64,000 nucleotides of DNA from Adineta vaga (taxonomy: Eukaryota; Animalia; Rotifera), in contig CP075494.1 in the NCBI GenBank assembly GCA_021613535.1, positions 6,076,001 to 6,140,000 of the forward strand. Reading direction: 5' to 3'. Under the pieces are notes generated by a model. It saw only the letters and a program-made list of their open reading frames with translations. It did no database searches and was not told where the DNA came from. How positions within the stretch are numbered: the stretch's first letter is position 1; each line of letters opens with the position of its first letter. This document shows, one piece after another, positions 1-12,763 of the stretch. The translations under genes were made by a program, and so were the position numbers.

Positions 1-132
1 ATCTTATCTCCTTCTGGTTTGTTCTCTAGAATCAGCGAGATGATTATATAAATCAACTCAAATGCTTTTTCTTCCACATTAGTTTTTTTTTTACACACCT
101 ACAACAACTTTAACACATTCTCTTCTATCATA

Positions 133-1378
133 ATGGGTCAAGTACGTAAAATTCTATATTAATGAACAAATTAAATCTATCGAATGTTTCTTTCTAGCAA
201 GCTGGTCATCATCAACATTTCGTAAGTTCCTTTTTATTTCATGTATATAGTTAAAAGAAACCAGTTGGATTTATTAGGGTGTTCCTTATGAAGCATCAAT
301 TCAACCACCAATTAGTTATGGTACTCAAATTCATGTTTACGGTACTGCTTATGGTGATCGGTAAGTGAAGGAACTTTATTGAATTATGGTTAACCTTGAC
401 TTTAATTTCGAAAAGATTCGAAATCAATTTGGCTAATAATCGTGGTGATGTTATTTTACATGTCAATCCACGTTTGAATGATCGTCAATTAGTTTTAAAT
501 GCCGCACCAGGTGGTGGTTGGGGTGGTGAAGATCGTAAACCATTAAATATAACCCGTGGTCATCAATTCAGTATTATTATTATGGTTACTGAACAATGCT
601 TCAAAGTAAAATAATGATTTGTCAATTCATTCCCTTACTGATCTCTCGACTTCGTTTCTTTTTCAGATTGCTGTTAATAATCAACATACAGCTGATTTTC
701 ATCATCGAATGCCATTTCAAAGTGCTGAGCTTGTAACTGTGAAAGGTGATGTTAATTTAACAAATGTTCAAATCTACGCCGGTATGGGTGGTCAACATGG
801 TCAACCATGGCGATTTGCTATGGTATGAAAGTGTCTTTATCTTGTTCTATATTTCAATTATATTTTTGTAGGAAACACCAGTACCAATGAACGTCTTTCC
901 TGGTAAGTTATATTTCTTGTCCAAATCAAATGATTCATCTATAGAAAATCTTTAGGTCGTATTATAACTATCAATGGTCGAGTAAATAACAATGCTTCAC
1001 GATTTGAATTCAATTTATTAGCTGGAAATTACAACGGAGCTGATGTTGTTTTTCATTTCAATCCACGTTTCGATCAACGCGAAGCTGTTCGTAATTCATG
1101 TCAAGGTGGTGGCTGGGGCAACGAAGAAAAACAAGGAGGATTTCCATTACAGAGTGGACAACAATTTGAAATTCAAATTATTTGCTTTCCTCAACATTAT
1201 CAAGTAAAATCAAATCTAAAATCTTGTTCATTCATTTGTATCTATCTTATATTTCTTTGTATAGATCAATTGCAATGGTCAACCATGGTTCACATTTCCT
1301 CATCGTATCCCATATCAAAATGTTCAAGCATTACAAGTCAAAGGGGATGTTCAAATTTCAAATGTTTATGCTATGTAA
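133..1378 (+). CDS. Tandem-repeat (two-CRD) galectin, about 8 coding exons
   Basis: Spliced translation gives CRD1 LHVNPR...LVLN...WGGEDR and CRD2 FHFNPRF...AVRN...WGNEEK, both galectin sugar-binding motifs. GT-AG introns of ~55 nt; stop TAA at 1376-1378. Confidence 0.93.
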
Positions 1379-1822
1379 ACAAACATTGTGATAACAAATT
1401 CATTTTAAAGAATAAAATTGTCCTTAGGAATTTTAGAAACAGATACTATATATATATACTTGTTTTTTACAAGCATCTGTTAATCTTTATATTATATCCA
1501 TAAAGAGCAGTTTTATTCGAAAATCAATATAAGATATAGGCGATTTCATAGATGTCGTCTCTTGGTCTGGGAATTTTCCAGTTACTCATTTATCTTTCCC
1601 TCCTTTGCATCTTTTGATTTTTCCCTGCGTATCATTGAAAGAAACGATAAAAAAAATGATTTAGTCCAAAACTTTAGTCAATACGATTCATTGTTAGGCA
1701 GAAATGTGTGATCATCTTCGACGACGTAATAACAACAGAACATATAAATATTAGTGTCTAAAACGAATCATTCATTCATTCATTTCGTACATATCTAATA
1801 CAGTGACAAGGAAGAAGAGAAT

Positions 1823-2047
1823 ATGTCCTCAATAGTTTATTCCTTCCATTGGGTGCGAATATCACGTGATGCAGAAAAAAATCGTTTTACTGAAGAAACA
1901 TCATTATCAACAACGAATGCAACGGAATCAAAAATTACATCAGTCTCATGTTTCAATAAAATATTCAAATATCCAAGAACTCACACGGAACAAAATTGGG
2001 TCCCATTAAATAATTTTGATTTTGAACTTCTTCATTCTATTGTATAA
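1823..2047 (+). CDS. Possible small uncharacterised protein (74 aa)
   Basis: ATG-initiated ORF with host-like codons and AATAAA downstream (~2116). No recognisable motif. Confidence 0.3.
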   Translation: MSSIVYSFHWVRISRDAEKNRFTEETSLSTTNATESKITSVSCFNKIFKYPRTHTEQNWVPLNNFDFELLHSIV

Positions 2048-2481
2048 TTATTAGAAATCACATCGTAAAGTGTGTCAACAAATGTCATTGTTTTGTACTT
2101 AGTCTTTAAATAAAGAATAAAAGTCATATTTTCTGTATATATTAACATATATTATTTAGCAAATAGAACAGGTTCTTGTCACGCACTTCATGTCATCTCT
2201 CTCACTAGCTACATATTGTTATCTAAATCAATATGGTTTTTAGGTTCTTAACTATGTAGAATTTTTCTGAATTGATTCACTCTTATTTACACAACAAAAT
2301 AACTAATTGATATTTAATCAGTAAATTTGAATCTATGATTATTGATACTAGCTAAGTTGAAGTAACATAAAAATGTACTTAAACCTCCATTAGATATTCT
2401 ATTGTTTCTATATTTTTAATCTACATCTCTAACATGCGATTATAACTATTACTTTCAGTTATATTTTCACTATTATAATAA

Positions 2482-3089
2482 ATGGCAGGTACATGTATTA
2501 TCATCATGTTGCTCTATCTTCTCATCATTTCCAATACCTTCAGTTATAGTGTTGAAAATCGTGTTTCAAGTATTCTTGGTAAAATTAACATGATAAATAG
2601 TAATTGATATGATAATTAAACTCTTATAGATAATAGACGAATCTCATCTCAACGAATTCTTAATAATTCTTCGCGTAATTTTGATGAGTGTAATCCTCTT
2701 CATATTACAAGAGATCTTCAATGTTCATTCATTCCAAAAGATTATCAATATTATGAATTATTCGAAGCAATTTGTAAACAACATCGATTATGTTATGCTT
2801 GTGTAAGTAATCGAATTCTGATAATTTCTTTATCATTCAAAACCATTTTCTAGGGTACAGTACATGGTATATCAAAACGTAAATGTAATAGTTTATCTCG
2901 AGTATATACATATGAGCAATGTACAAAAAATCCTCTGATCGAATCAGATTGTTTACGAAAACGTGTTTTTGCTTTGATTTCTTTTCAAGAAGATATTTAT
3001 CGTTTATCTGAATTTTCATCTGAATGCTATGATCATTGTATAATAAGTTATTTGTTTTCAAATCCGAATATAAAATAAGAAATAAATAG
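2482..3089 (+). CDS. Secreted Cys-rich phospholipase A2-like protein (conodipine/group IX-like), 3 exons
   Basis: Signal peptide MAGTCIIIMLLYLLIISNTFS. Spliced core CSFIPKDYQYYELFEAICKQHRLCYACG..ISKRKCN resembles the PLA2 F-x-x-x-C-x-x-H-D-x-C-Y-x-C motif. Introns at ~2579-2629 and ~2803-2853. Not in the ORF track. Confidence 0.72.
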
Positions 3090-3337
3090 AGAAGTTCATC
3101 ATTATTATCATATGCGTATGTATTTTTTGTTTGTCTGTATATCATTCTTTGTACATATTGATTATTTTCACGTTCTACGTACGCGTGACAGAAAAAAAAA
3201 GAAGAATATAGAAAAGTTTGGTTTTGGTATGAAAGAAGAAATATTTAACACACATATCAAATAGGAAAGAAAGAGAAAAAAAATACATCTGACATGATAA
3301 TTAACACATTGATTAGTATCACTTGTCGCCAATTTTT

Positions 3338-4739
3338 CTATACTACAGGTGCAACAATAGGTGCTGGAACAGGAAAAGTTTGTGGATCAAAATGTCTAAA
3401 ATATGGATGACTGAGACATTGCTTAGCTGATATACGTCGAACGGGATCATAGACAAGCATTTTCTAAAAGATGATAAATCATTGAAATCAAAATGAGAAA
3501 GAAAAAACGTTTTTTTTAACGAACAAGAAGTAAATCGAGTGCATCATCACGCATTCGATCATTAAGTAAAGCTGATAAATCACTGCTTTGTTTCCATCGT
3601 GGAAATGATGATTTAAATTCAGGTAAAGATACAACACCTGGCCATGTTTCATCTGTAGGTGTACCAAGTGTTCTAAAGAAAAATGAATAAGAAAACTATT
3701 AGAATTTAGAATAATTCAATTTTTCTACCGAAATATTCGAAAGAGTTGATCAATTTCTGAATCACCTTGAAACAATGGTCGTTTTGTATACATTTCAGCA
3801 AATATACAACCAACAGACCAAACATCAACTTAAGAAAACAAAAACATATGTGTAGATTTCAAATACAGTTGATTTTCACATACCGGGACAAGAATAACGT
3901 GAAGCACCGAGTAGAACTTCAGGTGCTCGATACCACAAAGTCACCACCTACGGAAAACGAAACAATTTTTAACTATGAACAATAGTGATGTTTTCCTTAC
4001 TTCATGTGTATAGATGCGAAGTGGTACACTGAATGCTCTTGCTAAACCAAAATCAGCAAGTTTAATAATTCCTTTTGAATCAACAAGAAGATTTTGTGGT
4101 CTAAAAATTCTCTTTCTAGATACGTTGTTTCATTTATTTAAAATTCTTTTACTTCAAATCACGATGAATAATTCGACGGCAATGACAGAAAAGTAATGCA
4201 TCGAGAATTTGATAGGTGTAACTCTAGAAGAAGAATCGAATAATTTAAATAACAAACAATTCATTGATGTACCTGAATTAATGTACTATTCATATCTACA
4301 TTTTCACCTAAGCAATCGAAATATTTCTTTAAATCCATAGCTAAATATTCGAATATTAAATAGAGACGAGCATCTGTGAGAATAACATCACGAAGTCTAA
4401 AGAAAAAAATCGATTCATTCATTCATGGTTGGTTTTTTTGTTTCGGATAAGAAAGTTTCTTCAACATACTGAACAATGCTTTGATGTCGAAGTTCTTTCA
4501 AGATGGATATTTCTCGAATAGCTGTTGCCGGTACACCATCATCTTCACCTTCTAATCGAATTTTTTTCAAAGCATAAATTTGTGATGTTGGTCGATGACA
4601 AACTTTATATACAATACCATAAGTACCTGGAATGAAAGAATAATTTGAGAAAACTTGAATTGGATTCTTTCTATTAATTAATACCTTCACCAACTTTACT
4701 CAATCGTTCAAAATCATCAATATTAAATTGAGGTGGCAT
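3338..4739 (-). CDS. CDK1: Cyclin-dependent kinase 1 (cdc2-like), multi-exon
   Basis: [87 protein letters not shown]. Confidence 0.88.
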
Positions 4740-5430
4740 GTTATTCGATCAATCTAAAATCAGATTGAAAAGCAAATATTTATCGAACAAATAAACGAAA
4801 GAATAAGGTATTCGATTGTAAATTTAACTGTTTTTATTTTAACAAAGAATACATATGAATGAAGAACCAATTAGAAATGAGACATTTGAGATCTTGTCGA
4901 AAAGATTAAAAAAAGAATGAGAGATGAGGAGTAAAACTTTTTCGTAATCATTTTTATTTACGTCATTTTCTATTTATATTGAAATATTATATTTGATTCA
5001 TACGGATGATGGCGCCACTTTAAAATATACTTTTCAAATAAGATATACGTGAAATGTGATCATTCATTTATTCTTTTCAGAAACATCTTCTATCTTTTGA
5101 TATGATAGATCAGTTCAATTCAAACTCATTGTTTGAGATATACCTCCACGTAATAAAACAGTAAATACTTTTACAATGTTTATCAAAGAATACAGTCGAA
5201 GGCGTATATTTTTTCTACTAAATCACATTGTCATCCTGATCCTCACCCAAACCCTATTTTATAGACCAATTTTATTACTTAGAGAATAATTCTTTAAAAT
5301 ATTATCGACATAAAACAATATCAATTGTTTATACCATGTGATGGGGATCGCTCATATAAAAACTCTAATGTAAAGAGATTTATGATCCTGCAGATTATAT
5401 TCGTTTTATCTATATTGCTCTAGATGCATG

Positions 5431-5438
5431 TATAAATA
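5431..5438 (+). promoter_or_regulatory. Putative TATA box of the peptidase gene
   Basis: TATAAATA 56 nt upstream of the ATG at 5487; AT-rich background lowers specificity. Confidence 0.35.
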
Positions 5439-5486
5439 CTCGTTAGTATTTGCTCATAAACCAGTTGAATCGAAGAAAACAAAAAC

Positions 5487-6452
5487 ATGTTGTCGTCTGT
5501 CGTTTTCTTGCTTATTCTTGGTTTGGTTAGCAATATCAATGCTGGTGTTATAGGTTCGGAATTTGGAGATGTCAGCTATGATGTGCCAATTCCTCGTGGA
5601 TATACACGAGAAGAATATGTAAAATCAGTTGTCGATTATTGGACACCAGAAAGAATGGCATCGGCTAAACCACTTCATCCAGTAATAAGCAAATCACAGG
5701 CAACTTTCTTTGCCAAGACTAGTGAAAACAATGAAATCGAACAAGTCTTGACACCAAGTGCTTTACTTGCTGATACACGGGGTGCAACAACACCGCCTGC
5801 TTGTGGTCGAGCCTTCTTCAAGATGGGAACAAACACCTATGTATGTTCTGGTTCAGTCGTCAATGCTGCAAATCGTGATACTGTAGTTACAGCTGGTCAT
5901 TGTGTATTCAATAGCACCAGTAAACAATGGGTAACAGATTTTATCTTTGTACCTGATTATGACTCTAAACAACGTCCCTTCGGTACATTTGTGTCTCGTA
6001 AATTGGCAACAAAACAACTATGGAAAGACAAAGGTGATTATAACAATGATGTTGCAATCGTATTACTAAACACGAACGAAAACGGTCAACATGCTCAAGA
6101 TGTAACAGGTGCTTTTGGTATCTCTCTCAATCCAGCAGCAGTAGCAAACACCAATGCTTTCGGTTTTCCAATGAATATCAATAGTGGTGAGACAATGAGC
6201 ACCTGTGCTAGTGCCTCAAAGAGACCAAATCTTTTGTTGATGTCCAGCTTCAAAGGTCTTCAAATTACATGTAATATGGGTGGTGGTGCATCGGGTGGTC
6301 CATGGCTTCAAAATTACAATTCTGCTACTAAACAAGGACAACAAGTATCAGTAACAAGCTTTTCCTATTCATTCGCACCTGGTAAAATTCAAGGTCCTTA
6401 TTTTAATAAGGACAACATTGGTTCACTCTTTGATGAAAATCAAAATGCATAA
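5487..6452 (+). CDS. Secreted trypsin-like (V8/Glu-endopeptidase-like, actinobacterial-type) serine peptidase, intronless; HGT candidate
   Basis: Signal peptide; YWTPERMASAKP propeptide motif; CSGSVV..VVTAGHC (His), DYNNDVA (Asp), CNMGGGASGGPW (Ser); FVPDY..RPFGTF. Single 321-aa exon. Confidence 0.9.
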   Translation: MLSSVVFLLILGLVSNINAGVIGSEFGDVSYDVPIPRGYTREEYVKSVVDYWTPERMASAKPLHPVISKSQATFFAKTSENNEIEQVLTPSALLADTRGATTPPACGRAFFKMGTNTYVCSGSVVNAANRDTVVTAGHCVFNSTSKQWVTDFIFVPDYDSKQRPFGTFVSRKLATKQLWKDKGDYNNDVAIVLLNTNENGQHAQDVTGAFGISLNPAAVANTNAFGFPMNINSGETMSTCASASKRPNLLLMSSFKGLQITCNMGGGASGGPWLQNYNSATKQGQQVSVTSFSYSFAPGKIQGPYFNKDNIGSLFDENQNA

Positions 6453-6887
6453 CTTTTATTTTTCTTCTTCTATCAGCATTTTTGTGCCGATGATTTCAAA
6501 GAAAATAAATTGATTCATTAATTTCTATCATTTATTTGTCAGCTGATGTTTTCATATGTAATTATCTTAGAAATAATCGTGGTTACGATTTCTACATGTT
6601 CTATAAGTTCAATGTTTTTCAGTAACCGTATTATCAGAAATTTATTAATACAGAGATTTTTATTGTACAGATTACATTAGCTATTCTCTTTTATTTTTCT
6701 TTAAATATACCAAAAATATATCATTCATCGTATTGAATACAATCAAAACAGATTGAGAAGAACAGAAAGGGTATATTTACAAAAAAAAACTAGTTTCAAT
6801 TGAATAATGTCTCTAATGTCTACATTCATATTCAACAAAATATCTGACAATTGAAATATACAATAATGACAAAAACAGTAAATGAAA

Positions 6888-9057
6888 TTAATTTTTTGAG
6901 TGAAAAAAGTTCGTTATCATCTTTTGTCCAACAACTAATACTTTAGCATTTGTTTTCTTTTGTTTCTTACGTGGTTGCTCAATATTTGTTGCTGTAGTCG
7001 TTCGTTTATTATTCATGAGCGATAAATTTTCCTGATCACCATTACTTATTAATGAAAATGACGTTTGACTTTTCTCAGTATTCTCATTTTCTATCTGTTG
7101 TCGTTCTTCACTAATCAATGAACTAACATCAATTTCTCCCAGTGGTAAACGTGTTGAACCAGACGATATTGATGAAATCGTTTTTTCATTCGAATCTGTT
7201 GAATGATTTGTTAATGAATCTGCATGAAAACTATTTTCTTCAATTGCTGATAAATTCAAACACCGTTGTGATTTACTACAAAACAGAAAAAATGAAATTT
7301 GAAATACTTTTCTTTTCTTTAAATTTTACCGTTTTTGAAATCGTTTTTTATTTGATTTTGAATCTGTTTCAGTTTTATTTTCATTCGTCTTTTGCCACAT
7401 AAACACAGATTCAACCGGAATTTCCGCTGGCTTCTCTTCAATTGGTATTTCAACAATTTGTTTAACTATCATTGGAGTTGGTGTCAGTGGACTTCTAGAA
7501 ATATGGAATAGAATCATAAATGAAATGAAGTTTTTCAGATATTAAAACAAACTGTAAAAGGCGAAATGATGTTGCTTTTTTTAAACCTGTAGATGGACTA
7601 TTATAGTGATCATTATTTGATAGAAGTATCGGTAAATGAATCGTTTGTTTCGCACATAAATAAGCGACAGAGCGAAGGAATCGACGACCAGCTAATGTAC
7701 CTCCAGATGATGCAGACTAAAATATTCGTTCAATTATCATAACAGATAAAACTCGGCGTTTTTTCTGATCTTACTCGAATAGGTGATGCACAATCAGTGA
7801 ATGAAAGTGTTGTTTGAAAACATTCAACAAATTCATCGATAATTTCTTTGAAAATCGCATCACATCGATTAAATGACGTATCTTTCCTTAATTGTTTAGA
7901 AATCAGTGTCATTAATTTACGAAATGTTACACTAAATGAATAAAGATAAAGATATTTCACAATGAAAAAAAAAAGATTTCGTTTACATTGATTCGACTTT
8001 CAAATGTTCATTTTCTTCGATTGTCATTTGTAATTGTTCAATAAAATCGAAGAATTCTTTTAAACCAATATAATATTTATCTAATATAACAAATGATTCA
8101 TCATCATTATTTATTGTATCTGACTGTGATGATGATGATGATGATAAACGACTTAATAATAATTCTTTTCGTCGAAGAAATGAAAGTAGAATTTGATAAA
8201 TCGTTAAACATTCATTTTTTGATAGTTTTGTTAATCGTCGTAGTTCGACAATTGTACGACGTTCAATTCCTATTCGTGCAGGTGTGGCCAAACAGTGAAT
8301 AAGAGCATGTTCATTTCGTGTATCCAACAAAAGTGAAAGATACGTACATAAAGTATGTTTAATATAATTCTATATAATTAGATTCACATTTCAAAAGTAA
8401 ATAAATGATAGTCTTGTTGGAAAATTTCACCTACCTTACTAATCGTTTGTTCAACATGTTTTTTCTCATCTTGAAATGATTTCATTATATTTTCTTTTGA
8501 ATCTTTCGTGAATATTTGAGTTTGTTCATTATAAATGTTATGTTCTTCAGCTATTTCTAACAAATAATCGAAAAATAATTGATCGATTTCATTATTTATA
8601 TTGTTAACATTGATAATCATTTGTTTCATAGATGATTTTATTTTACATTCTTGAAATAAATCAATCATATCTTTTAAACCACATCGATTTAAATAATTTT
8701 TATAATTTTCTAATATTAAATCATCTTTTATATCATAAAGTTTCTTTTTACATAATTCAAAAAATTGCGTCGATGTCGATGTTGATTGAATGATTTGATA
8801 GATAATAAACATATCATGTAAACCGATGATATTATTTGGTTGAATTGATTTATTTGAAGATTTGATTTGATGAAAATAAATCTTTGTAAAATAATGATCA
8901 ATTAACCATGATGAAATCGTTGAAGATGAATCTATACTCACAAAAAAAAAGATCAATTCAAAAATTCTCTTTAAATCAATATTTTACCTAATGAAACATC
9001 GATTAAATCTTCTTCTTCTACGTTTGTATCATTGTTAATTGTCAATTGAATTCTCAT
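6888..9057 (-). CDS. PARPBP: PCNA-associated recombination inhibitor PARI
   Basis: YLSLLLDTRNEHALIHCLATPARIGIERRTIVELRR...GLKEFFDFIEQLQ matches the PARI UvrD-like core. C-terminal PIP box QKMITNFF preceded by a basic patch. Confidence 0.8.
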
Positions 9058-9184
9058 CTAGAGAAAAGAAAATGTTAAATAATTTTTCAAAAATAAAAGA
9101 AAGCCAATCCAGTTTATTTAAATAGCAACAAAGAAACGAAATCTCTCATCACACACTACACCGGTAAGAATAGAAATTCGAAGT

Positions 9185-10847
9185 TTATTCTTGGGCTTTG
9201 ATAACCAATGGTTTGCCTTTGGGATCATCAAATCGATCATTCGATTTTATTGACATCATACGATGTATACCAAATAATAAGATTCCAAGGCAAAGTAAAC
9301 TTGATGTAATACCCATCCAAATTCCGCTAGTAAAGAATGATGTACAATAATTCGGAGGACCAAATCTTGATCCATTGACATAAAATGGTTGAAACTAGAA
9401 AATTTAACATTGATTTTATTACATTAAAGAAAAGAAATGAGCAAATTTACTTGAAAATGTTTTATGAAGAATTTATCACTAACATTGTATTTGCCATATT
9501 TTACTGAATCATCATATCGAGTAAACGTCGCTGTTGTACATACATAGGAATATTTAGGTGGTGTATCCATTCGACTATGCATACCATAAGCAAAGTATCG
9601 ATATTCATTATCATTGAGTGTAACATTAGTCAAATACCAATAGCGACCAATGATGGTTGCGATTAATCTTTAGATAATGAAAGAAAAGAATTATAAGTAA
9701 AACATTTTTAGGAAAAATAAACTTACTTCATATTAACAATGTCTGTTGGTGTTTTCTGATTAACCCAAACAAGATTCAAACTGAAATAAAAGTCATCTCT
9801 CAATTTTTCCATTTAAAAACCATATTCTCATGTTTCCTTACGTTACTGAACTATGATTACCACTAGTTGTATTCACTTTCGGTATACATGTTGTTTTATT
9901 TAAATCAAGATCATAACCATGACTTGATACTGCTGCACCAGTTCCATCACTCCAAGTTAAATTTTTTGCATAGAACATACAAGTTTTATCATCGGATACG
10001 ATAGTATTAATCTTTGCGGCAGGTGCAGCTTGTCGACGTTGACGTGACTAATATTTAAAAAGAATTATTTATGTATGCACACTTATTTATTCTTACTAAT
10101 TGTCCTTCCTCAGTTGAATGATTAATCAGTGCGATTATAACAGCATCTTTTGTATCTTTTTCAGTTTTATCGATCGTTTCTTGAATTAGATGTGTTGCTT
10201 GAAATAGAAAATACTTTTATACATTTTTTTTTCGAAAGAAATTTTTAACAAACCATCATGTAATGTTTTAACTGTTTGCGAGGATGCGAGTTGAAAATGT
10301 ATATGTGCGCATTTCATATTATTCGATTGAGGAAGTAATGTAAATGTTCGATAAACATCATCGTCAACATTAGGATAATAACGAAAATTTCTTTGTTCTT
10401 TCTATGAATTCGATCGATGATAGAAAAGAAGTCAAGTAGAAAACAAAAATCTTACTTTTACTTCTAATAAAAGTGGATTTTTATTATGAAGACTTTGATG
10501 AATATCTTCAACACTCAGCTAGACGATAAACGAAAAAAAATTGATTTGCATCATTCTGTTCTTGTCTTCGTTTTACTTACATCATCAACAGCAATTATAT
10601 GCAATTGTATTTGTTCGTTAGATAGTTTACAGATAGAATTAGAAATCAGATCAAGTGGCGAGAGTGTTCCAAGAGAAACTGAAGTTTTAGGAAGATTCCT
10701 ACAGAAATGAAATCATCAATAAATCAATGGAAGAATTCAAAATTAAACTTACGCATTGCTCCAAAGGAGTACGGGTGATGTTAGAACATGATTTTGAAGA
10801 GATAAAGTAATGAGAACAAACAGAACAGAAGAGATTGAACAAAGCAT
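9185..10847 (-). CDS. ATP6AP1: V-type ATPase accessory subunit S1 (Ac45)
   Basis: Signal peptide then PVLLWS; furin-type site RQRR; YSYVCT, FQVQPF, YCTSFFTSGIWMG TM segment; C-terminal DRFDDPKGK. Confidence 0.9.
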
Positions 10848-11686
10848 GATCTTCGAAAAAAGAACGAAAAATGATTGTTTTTGTTTCGAGTGATTTGCTT
10901 CAATGAAAGAACGAAAATGAAACCAATCGAAAAATGTATCGAACATAGAGGGCACTGTCTATATATATATATATATCAAACTGATTGGAGATATGTACAG
11001 AAAGAAAGAAAGAGAGACCTATGTTCTATGATTTTAGAAATCACTTTTTTAGAGACGATAACAATGCACAGAAAATTTAAATAATAGTTAGAAGAGTTTT
11101 TACTTCTCTTCTATTTGACGTTTTATGAAGAGACTAAAAAGCTTAATGCATATCTTTGTATATCTTGCAACGTGATAATAAGTTTTACCTACATGAACAG
11201 ACTGAACATGTCAATAGAGAGAAAAAAATAGTTTGACTATGAATAAATGTTGACACACCTGAGTAAATATTAAATGTTGTAATTGGCATAAAATTAGTTA
11301 ATCAATCTTTGTCATATTTATGTCATTGTTTGATAAAAAATAACTAGATATTTCAAACTTCCATTACGGATCTATTCATTCAAATCAAAACATATACTTA
11401 GAATCGAATATACATTCAGTGATCATATTTGTATATCCATACGCTTTGATTTTTTTTCAATGGATCAAAACATCTCACATGTGATTCAATTCATGACAGT
11501 CACGAGTGTATTTGAATATGTTAATCATTCAAAGTATTATATCAATCTGTCTCTTTTCAAAAACTGATTACTTTTAGTTTATTAATTATCTCTTCTTGTT
11601 TTCTTGTCTTCATGTTTGTATTTTTATCGATCGCACACACAAATACAAAACAAAAGAAAAACAAACAGCACATCTTTTGTCTTCTT

Positions 11687-12256
11687 TTAAGAAGATGTTT
11701 CCATCGGTGCAGTTGATGTTTGTTGAATGCTTTCTTCCGTATGTTTGCCTTTAGCAGCCAATTTTGATTTTGAACGACGATCCAAAATACGTTTACGATC
11801 ACGATCTAGTTTCAATTTGGTAATTTGAACCTAGATAGAAAGAAATGATTGATAAAATTCATTTCTTAAGAAAATTCCAATAATTTACCTTTGATGGATG
11901 AATACCAATATGAACGGTACTACCATTTGCTTTTTCACGTGTAATTCGTTCAATATGGACAACAAATTTCTTACGATAAACTTGAGTGATTTTACCGGAT
12001 GGTTGACCTTTGAAATGTCCACGTGTAATCTAAATGAAAATGAAAGAAGATTGCATTTGCTTTTGAAAGATAAATCAAAGATACATACTGCTACTTCATC
12101 ATCTTTTCGAATAGGTAAACTTCGAACATTGTAACGTCGTCGTAATTCTTTATTTAATGGTGCACTCATGAAACGACGACGAATATGTGATGGTGCGGTA
12201 AAATAACGCTTACGAGCTTTTCGTCGTGATGATGAAACAAATCGATTACGTTTCAT
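11687..12256 (-). CDS. RPL26: 60S ribosomal protein L26, 3 coding exons
   Basis: [63 protein letters not shown]. Confidence 0.97.
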
Positions 12257-12763
12257 TGTATATGTGCTGATCTTTCAAATAATAAATATATTTATCTTAA
12301 AAATGAAAAATACAAATTAATTTTTTTTTCTTTTGAAAATTATTTAACAAATAAAAATAGTATGTTTATAGTGCGAATGCGAAGAAAATAGAAACAACTG
12401 GTCAATCGTTTAATGATCAACCATTCGTAGTTGATTCTCGTCAAAATTATATTTTAATTTCTGAATTTGTATTGCTTATAAGAGAAATTTAGTGATTAAA
12501 AGTTAGTTTACAATGAATTTATCGACTTATTTTTCAAAACACATTCTAATGCATAAGTGTGTTAGATTGACATAGTTGCTAGGCAACAATGAAAGAAAAA
12601 ACCTCGTTAATGATAATGATATGGGAAGTGAACGAAGAGCGGAGAATTTAACACTATTCTTGTTTGTATAGAGTAAAAAATATAGTTTGCCGTTGGAAAT
12701 ATAACAGACGTCTTTCTTCTTTTTAAAATTCACAATGGAGACGAGCATTGTTGAGTAGAAATC

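Noticed and set aside
5008-5038. GGCGCC with nearby TTTAAA/TTTGAA upstream of CDK1 (E2F/CHR-like)
   Set aside because: Plausible, but the motifs are short, the CHR-like part is common in AT-rich DNA, and the order does not fit CDE-CHR on the CDK1 strand.
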